Source: Planctomycetota bacterium
GTDB taxonomy: Bacteria; Planctomycetota; PLA2; JAEUHO01
Assembly (NCBI GenBank): GCA_965222115.1
Contig: CBDCTJ010000007.1
Coordinates: 2,592,001 to 2,656,000, forward strand
Reading direction: 5' to 3'
DNA: 64,000 bases
Shown here: one piece after another, positions 58,500-64,000 of the stretch
Layout: every line of letters begins with the position of its first letter
Position numbering within the stretch: position 1 is the first letter of the stretch
The notes under the pieces: model-generated
Databases searched by the model: none
Told to the model about the DNA's origin: nothing
The model's input: only the letters and a program-made list of their open reading frames with translations
Position numbers and translations under genes: made by a program

Positions 58500-59654
58500 C
58501 TACGGCGCCATCGCTCGCAGTTTTTTAACGATGCCGGGCACATCTGCAAGCGCCTGATCAACATCGTCAACCGTTGAATAACGTCCCAACGCAAATCGGA
58601 TCGTGGACGTGATGGCCGCACGCAGCAGGCCCATGCTGCCGAGAACATAACTTGGGCGCATGTCGCTACTCGTACAAGCGGATCCGGTGGCCAAGGCGAT
58701 GTTGCGCGCGGCAACAAGGACGGCTTCGCCCTCCACGTCTCCGAAACTGATGTTTGAGACGCTGGGGATGCGTTCTGAGGTCGGGCCGATGGCGACGGCG
58801 CGCTCTACACGTTCGATCATTTTCTGTTCGAGTTTGTCTCGTAGTCCGGCGACTCGCTTGGCGTCATCGTCTCTATGCGCGTCACACAGTGTTGCCGCAA
58901 CGCCGAACCCAACGGCGCCCGGCACGTTGGGTGTGCCGCCGCGAAGTCCGCGCTCGTTGGACCCGCCGTGAATCAATGGCGCCAGGCGCACGCGGGGTCG
59001 CCTACGTCGAATGTAGAGCGCTCCAATACCCTTAGGGCCGTGCATGCGGTGGGCGCAGAGCGTAATCAGATGTGCAGGCAGCGTCTTCGTGTCGATCGCC
59101 GTCCACAAGGGACCGACCCGCGCATCGACGTGAAGCCATGCTCCCCTTTCGTCACAGGCCTTCGCGATCTCATGGATGGGCTGTAGCGTGCCCACCTCTT
59201 GATTGGCGAGTTGAATCGAAACGAGGATCGTGTCATCGCGAAGCCGGCCTGCGACGCCAACGGCATCCACGCGGCCATCTGCATCACAGGGAACGACATC
59301 TACCTCATAGCCCTGCGACTTTAGCCACAGGCAGCAGTCGAGCACCGGTCGGCTCTCGACTTCTGAGGTGATGATGTGTTTGCCATGCGAAACGCGAGCG
59401 AGGGCGGCGCCCTTGATGGCGAGGTTGTCCGATTCGGTGGCGCCGCTGGTGAAGATCACTTCGGCGGGGTGGGCGCCAATGAGTTCGGCGACTTGTTCGC
59501 GCGCGGTGTCCATGGCGCGTTCGGCGGCCCAGCCGTAGGCGTGTGCGCGGCTGCCAGGATGACCGAATCGCTCGCCGAGGAACGGCAGCATGGCCTCGAC
59601 GACTTCGGGCGCGGGTTGGGTCGTTGTGTGATTGTCCAGGTAGTGCACGTCCAC
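58500..59654 (-). CDS. IscS/NifS-like cysteine desulfurase homolog lacking the PLP lysine
   Basis: YLDN.TTT, FG.P.S..H.YG, IFTSGATESDN, ANQEVGT.QP, GPKG.GALY, R.GT.NV, TGSAC; but CAHR replaces SAHK. Confidence 0.85.
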   Translation of the reverse strand: MDVHYLDNHTTTQPAPEVVEAMLPFLGERFGHPGSRAHAYGWAAERAMDTAREQVAELIGAHPAEVIFTSGATESDNLAIKGAALARVSHGKHIITSEVESRPVLDCCLWLKSQGYEVDVVPCDADGRVDAVGVAGRLRDDTILVSIQLANQEVGTLQPIHEIAKACDERGAWLHVDARVGPLWTAIDTKTLPAHLITLCAHRMHGPKGIGALYIRRRRPRVRLAPLIHGGSNERGLRGGTPNVPGAVGFGVAATLCDAHRDDDAKRVAGLRDKLEQKMIERVERAVAIGPTSERIPSVSNISFGDVEGEAVLVAARNIALATGSACTSSDMRPSYVLGSMGLLRAAITSTIRFALGRYSTVDDVDQALADVPGIVKKLRAMAP

Positions 59655-59774
59655 GAATATGCACGGGCGAATCCATTCTCGCGCGAGATTCGCGAGCCCC
59701 GACGGCCGTCTGTTGGCTACGATGGAGGTCGTGTGCCGCTCACGGATGCACGGTTCAGATCTAAGGAACGTCCC

Positions 59775-60104
59775 ATGTCGATCACTCTCACCGAAACGGC
59801 CGCCAACAAGGTTCGCGATTTGATGGCGCAACCCGACCAGTCCGAGGCCACGGGCCTGCGCGTAAAGGTTGTCGGGGGCGGATGCTCAGGACTCAGCTAC
59901 GAGATCGCGCTTGAACGTGAGCCCAGCGAGAACGACCAAGTCATTGAGTCCGAAGGCATCAAGATCTACCTCGACCCCAAGTCGGCGCTCTTCATCTCCG
60001 GCACGCAGATTGATTACCACCAATCGCTCATGGGTCAGGGCTTTGCGTTCAAGAACCCCAACGCTACCGGCACGTGTGGTTGCGGCACGTCGTTCACCGC
60101 GTAA
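59775..60104 (+). CDS. iscA: A-type Fe-S cluster carrier (IscA/ErpA)
   Basis: ITLTETA, LRV.V.GGGCSG.SY, F.NPNA..TCGCG.SF; AAGGA RBS. Confidence 0.93.
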   Translation: MSITLTETAANKVRDLMAQPDQSEATGLRVKVVGGGCSGLSYEIALEREPSENDQVIESEGIKIYLDPKSALFISGTQIDYHQSLMGQGFAFKNPNATGTCGCGTSFTA

Positions 60105-60128
60105 CGAAGCGAATCCAAGGACACACTC

Positions 60129-60710
60129 ATGACTTCCGTTCCCCTGCGCCACTTTGTGGAAGAGGCGTTTGGGCGCTACGGTCCGCAATTCGGTGGACAC
60201 TTTCCCGCAGGATTTGATTGGTTGGCGCTATGCGCGTCGGCACCACACCTCGCAGAACGCATCGACGTGGACGCGGTGGATTCAAGCGACGAAACGCAGG
60301 CGGCACCTGTACGCAAACGCGCATTTCTCTATTTTCAATTTGGATACATTGTGGCGTTGTCGGCGCTTGCCCTGCGCGCGCCCTATCCGTGGGCGCCTGA
60401 AGACGCACTTGAGTTGTTGATGGGCCCACTGTCGGGCGAACAAGAGTCGGCCTTTGTGGCGCTATGCGAATCGGTACTCGGTCCCGTCGAACACGCCTTG
60501 GCGACCGACGACGACGGATCCGCCGAACTCGTTGAGGGTCTCGTTGATCTGGCCGAAGTCGCTTGGTCGGCCACGCTGGATCTCATGGCCGAGACCATCC
60601 CAGATGCCAGCGACGCGCCTGCCGTGCGTGCCGTGTGTGTGGGCCTCGCTCGCACATCGTCGGTCTTGGCCGCGTTTCGTTGGGTTGTGGGTGCGCCTAC
60701 AGCCAAGTAA
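60129..60710 (+). CDS. Hypothetical alpha-helical protein
   Basis: AAGGA RBS; operon position between iscA and the TPR gene. Confidence 0.55.
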   Translation: MTSVPLRHFVEEAFGRYGPQFGGHFPAGFDWLALCASAPHLAERIDVDAVDSSDETQAAPVRKRAFLYFQFGYIVALSALALRAPYPWAPEDALELLMGPLSGEQESAFVALCESVLGPVEHALATDDDGSAELVEGLVDLAEVAWSATLDLMAETIPDASDAPAVRAVCVGLARTSSVLAAFRWVVGAPTAK

Positions 60711-60733
60711 GCATTGGTGTATTCTTTGACGCT

Positions 60734-61408
60734 ATGAGTACGCCATCCGAACTAGCTGAGGCACTCGACACGATTCGTGAGCTTCGACGTGCGAAGAAGG
60801 CCGACGAAGCGCGCAAACACATCGAGACGCTATGCGCGGCGATCCCAAAGGACGCAGATCCATTGGAGCGCGCAAAGGCCCTCTTGGTTCGTGCGGACAT
60901 GCGCTCACACGCCGATGAACACGATGCGGCGATTGAGGCCTACCTCGCCGTGATTGCCGAATTGGACAACGTGGGCGAAGGTACTCAGGCGGCGATATCC
61001 GTAAACAATCTCGCGTATCACTACGCCATGCTCGACCGCCGCGACGAGGCGATCGACGCGCTCCGCGAATCGGTGGAGCGCCGTCGCGTCCTTGCCAAGC
61101 AGCCCTACCTCTTGCGCGCCTACTTTAATCTCGGCTATTGGTATCTCGAGTGGGATCGGCTGGCCGAAGCCGAGAGTGCATTTCGCGTTGCGATTCAAAT
61201 GGGACGGGTGTGGCAGGAGCCAGGTGAGCTGGGGAAGTCACTGCTTTACCTCGCGCGATGCGTGGCACGTGCCGACCAAGCTGACCGTGCAATACTGGCC
61301 TACACGGAAGCGATTCCGAATCTTCGTGCTGCCGACCAAGACGCCCTTGTGACCGAGGCTACGAATGAACTGGCGTCGCTGTCGTCTGTGCCTGGTGGTG
61401 CGCGCTAA
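60734..61408 (+). CDS. Tetratricopeptide repeat protein
   Basis: NNLA..Y......EA, FNLG..Y......AE..F..A, LA......A...Y..A repeats. Confidence 0.78.
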   Translation: MSTPSELAEALDTIRELRRAKKADEARKHIETLCAAIPKDADPLERAKALLVRADMRSHADEHDAAIEAYLAVIAELDNVGEGTQAAISVNNLAYHYAMLDRRDEAIDALRESVERRRVLAKQPYLLRAYFNLGYWYLEWDRLAEAESAFRVAIQMGRVWQEPGELGKSLLYLARCVARADQADRAILAYTEAIPNLRAADQDALVTEATNELASLSSVPGGAR

Positions 61409-61515
61409 CCAACGATTTTGGGCGCGACTTCGCCCGTTGCATTTGCTCGTCGCGGAGTACTATCACGCGCGCGATCCCTACGCATCCCGAGTCCGCGAGA
61501 GGAGTACGAACCGCC

Positions 61516-62496
61516 ATGACGAAGGTCGAGAAGAAGGACATTGAACGCGTCGTCATTATCGGATCCGGCCCTGCGGGCTGGACCGCCGCAATCTACGCCG
61601 CGCGCGCCAATCTCGAACCGCTCGTCTACGAAGGTTCACCGTCGCAAGAGATGATTCCCGGCGGGCAGTTGATGTTCACGACCGACGTCGAGAACTACCC
61701 CGGCTATCCTGAAGGCGTGCAGGGCCAAGACATGATGGCCGACTTCAAAAAGCAAGCCGTGCGATTCGATACGCGCGTGATCACCGAAGACATCGTGAAG
61801 TGTGAGTTCGACAAGACGCCGTTCGTGTTGCACGACGAATCGGGAAATACCATCAAAGCCCATTCCGTAATCATCGCCACCGGCGCGAAGGCCAAATGGC
61901 TGTGGCTCGACAATGAGCAGCGCCTTGCGACGAGCGGTGGCGGTGTATCCGCTTGCGCGGTTTGCGACGGGGCGTTGCCGGTGTTTCGCGACGAGCACTT
62001 GATGGTTGTGGGTGGGGGTGATACGGCCATTGAAGAAGCGTCCTACCTCACCAAATACGCAGGCAAAGTGACCATCATTCACCGCCGCGACGAACTTCGC
62101 GCCAGCAAGATCATGCAGCAGCGCGCGTTTGATAATCCGAAGATTGAGTTTGCGTGGAACAAGCAAGTCGTTGATGTGCACGGCGACGAATTCATCACGG
62201 GTGTCAAAATGAAGGACACCAAGACGGGCGACGAAAGCGACGTGGATTGCAAGGGACTCTTCATTGCAATCGGTCATCAGCCCAATACGAAGTTTCTCGA
62301 AGGTCAGATCACGACTGACGAGTCCGACTACATCATTCATGCCGAACCCGGCACCACGCGAACCAATATTGAAGGCGTTTTCGCCGTTGGGGACGTTGCC
62401 GACAAGATGTATCGCCAAGCCGTAACCGCCGCAGGCTCGGGCTGTATGGGTGCTTTGGATGCCGAGCGTTGGTTGGCGGCGAAAGGGATTCACTAG
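61516..62496 (+). CDS. trxB: Thioredoxin-disulfide reductase
   Basis: IIGSGPAG.TAAIY.AR, GGQL..TT.VENYPG, SACAVCDG, GGGDTA.EEA, HRRD, GVFA.GDV.D..YRQA.TAAG.GC. Confidence 0.96.
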   Translation: MTKVEKKDIERVVIIGSGPAGWTAAIYAARANLEPLVYEGSPSQEMIPGGQLMFTTDVENYPGYPEGVQGQDMMADFKKQAVRFDTRVITEDIVKCEFDKTPFVLHDESGNTIKAHSVIIATGAKAKWLWLDNEQRLATSGGGVSACAVCDGALPVFRDEHLMVVGGGDTAIEEASYLTKYAGKVTIIHRRDELRASKIMQQRAFDNPKIEFAWNKQVVDVHGDEFITGVKMKDTKTGDESDVDCKGLFIAIGHQPNTKFLEGQITTDESDYIIHAEPGTTRTNIEGVFAVGDVADKMYRQAVTAAGSGCMGALDAERWLAAKGIH

Positions 62497-62525
62497 CCAG
62501 AATCCTACGGAGTGGAGATGGGTGT

Positions 62526-62766
62526 CCGTTTCCGGTACCCCGATACCCGATACCCGAATCCCGTCACCCGTTTCCCGTATCCCGTCACCCGGACTCATAA
62601 GTGGACATCCGATGATCGTTCGCGCCGTTCGTGGACGTGGACGTGGACGTGGACGTGGACGTGGACATGGACGTGGACGTGGACGTGGACGCGGACGTGG
62701 AGAGCAAATGGCCTTGCCATTTGCGCGAAGACCCTGAGTAAGCACCAGCGGATCGAAGGGTGGACC
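62526..62766 (+). repeat. Family A copy 5: ~8 CCCG heptamers + 11-unit GTGGAC tract (2 variant units) + core with internal deletion
   Basis: Tract 62631-62696; GCAAATGGCCTTGCCATTTGC..GACCCTGAGTAAGCACCAGCGGATC|GAAGGGTGGAC. Confidence 0.92.
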
Positions 62767-63116
62767 TCAAGTAGCGCAAAACGATTTCGTACCGGTCGCG
62801 AACTGTTGGATTTGGGTCCGCTCGACCGCAATCCGGCGCCCACGCAGTCTCCGACGCCTGCTCCCCCCCCACTTCGGCGTCTCCGCGTGAAACAAATCGC
62901 ACAATTCGTACCGGGAGCAAATTGTGAAATTAACAATTCGTGCCGGGAGCGAAATGTGCGAATGCACCGCCAAGCCCACGCACAGGATTTCTCCTGACAA
63001 CTTTCGCAGTGTGGCTTCGTCACCTTGGTGAGCCCCGACCTCGCTGGTGTCGAGCCGAGCTGGCCCTGGGTATCGAGTTTGCTGGCGAGGTCGTGGGCTT
63101 TGTTGGCGGGAGCGAG

Positions 63117-64000
63117 CTACTTTTCGGTAGTCAACGTCATGATGGTGCCGATGTCATTGGCACAGAAGTAGAGTTCACCCTGGGCATCCTGGCAGATACT
63201 GGCGAGTTCCGGCACGTCGCCAATCTTCTGCCAGTTCGAGGCGCGCGTATTCGTACCGTTGCCGGTGACCGTGAGGGCGTAGACCTCGCCGCGCATGTAG
63301 TCGCCGATGATGAACTTGCCTTTCAGAGCCCGCACGCGCGAGCCGGTATACGTGGCACCGCCCACACCGGCAGAACCGGTTGCCTTGCCTCGGGTCCACG
63401 AGAACGTACTGCGTACGATGCCTCGCGGAGGTTGTTGCGTCGTTTTGACGCGGCGAGGACCCGCGAAGTACGGCCATCCGTGATTTCCGCCACGCACGAC
63501 CTGCGTGAGCCACTCGTTGCTCTGTGGACCGGTGGTGCCGGGTTCTACCGTCCACATGCGACCCTGCGTATCCCACCAAAAGCGCCATGGGTTGCGAAAG
63601 CCGTAGGCCCAGATTTCACCACGGACTCGGCCCGAGCGCGCATGCGTGGCCCATGGATTGCTCTCGGGCACTTTGTAATTTAGGCCCGGTGACCGTCCAT
63701 CAACATCGATACGTAAGATCTTGCCCATGAGACGTGCGGGACTTTGGGCATTGCCGTCGGCGTCATTCTTGGCACCGCCGTCACCAATGCTGATGTAGAG
63801 GTAGTTGACACCCTTTTCGGGTCGAAAGCCAAGACAGCCCGCTTGATGCATCGGAAAGCGCTTGGGAACACGAATCATGTCGCGGCGACTGGCCACTGAC
63901 ACGCGCCCGTTTGTCACTTGGAACTCGGCCAATACAAATGCGAGCTTCTTGGATGGCATGGCGGGGTTGTCGTGCGGCGTAACGAAGCTTACGTAGATTT
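63117..64000 (-). CDS. PQQ-dependent glucose/sorbosone dehydrogenase family protein (5' part beyond window)
   Basis: H.AG.L.F, LYISIGDGG, GKILRIDVD, P..NP, EIWAYGFRNPWR, GGNHGWP; frame open to window end. Confidence 0.88.
   Translation of the reverse strand, partial: IYVSFVTPHDNPAMPSKKLAFVLAEFQVTNGRVSVASRRDMIRVPKRFPMHQAGCLGFRPEKGVNYLYISIGDGGAKNDADGNAQSPARLMGKILRIDVDGRSPGLNYKVPESNPWATHARSGRVRGEIWAYGFRNPWRFWWDTQGRMWTVEPGTTGPQSNEWLTQVVRGGNHGWPYFAGPRRVKTTQQPPRGIVRSTFSWTRGKATGSAGVGGATYTGSRVRALKGKFIIGDYMRGEVYALTVTGNGTNTRASNWQKIGDVPELASICQDAQGELYFCANDIGTIMTLTTEK

Overview
GC-rich (~60%) bacterial chromosome segment, most likely from a Planctomycetota-type organism. That assignment is an inference from the Gly-linker lipoproteins, FG-GAP proteins, an OmcB-like Cys-rich protein and a giant SdrD-B repeat protein. 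Housekeeping and transport genes include ppk2, phnDCE, a ytrA-type GntR/ABC operon, a polyprenyl synthase, hisS, hutH, dut, iscA, trxB, bfr and tRNA-Ala(GGC). There is one complete group II intron (38968-40986). Four observations stand out. (1) A dispersed composite repeat occurs five times (heptamer repeats + variable-length (GTGGAC)n tract + conserved hairpin core). Two direct copies bracket a four-helix-bundle (IVP/Avd-like) gene whose start region sits in a long inverted repeat. (2) A cobalamin riboswitch precedes an unknown beta-propeller lipoprotein, followed 10 nt later by an FG-GAP protein with an in-frame UGA (VW*C) and a SECIS-like hairpin, making it a candidate selenoprotein. (3) The group II intron is inserted in a second dispersed repeat whose empty allele is also in the window, and EBS1/IBS1 pairing is visible. 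(4) An IscS paralog has lost its PLP-binding Lys/His/Gln but kept the persulfide Cys. All calls were made by eye with no database searches, and start codons are best guesses.
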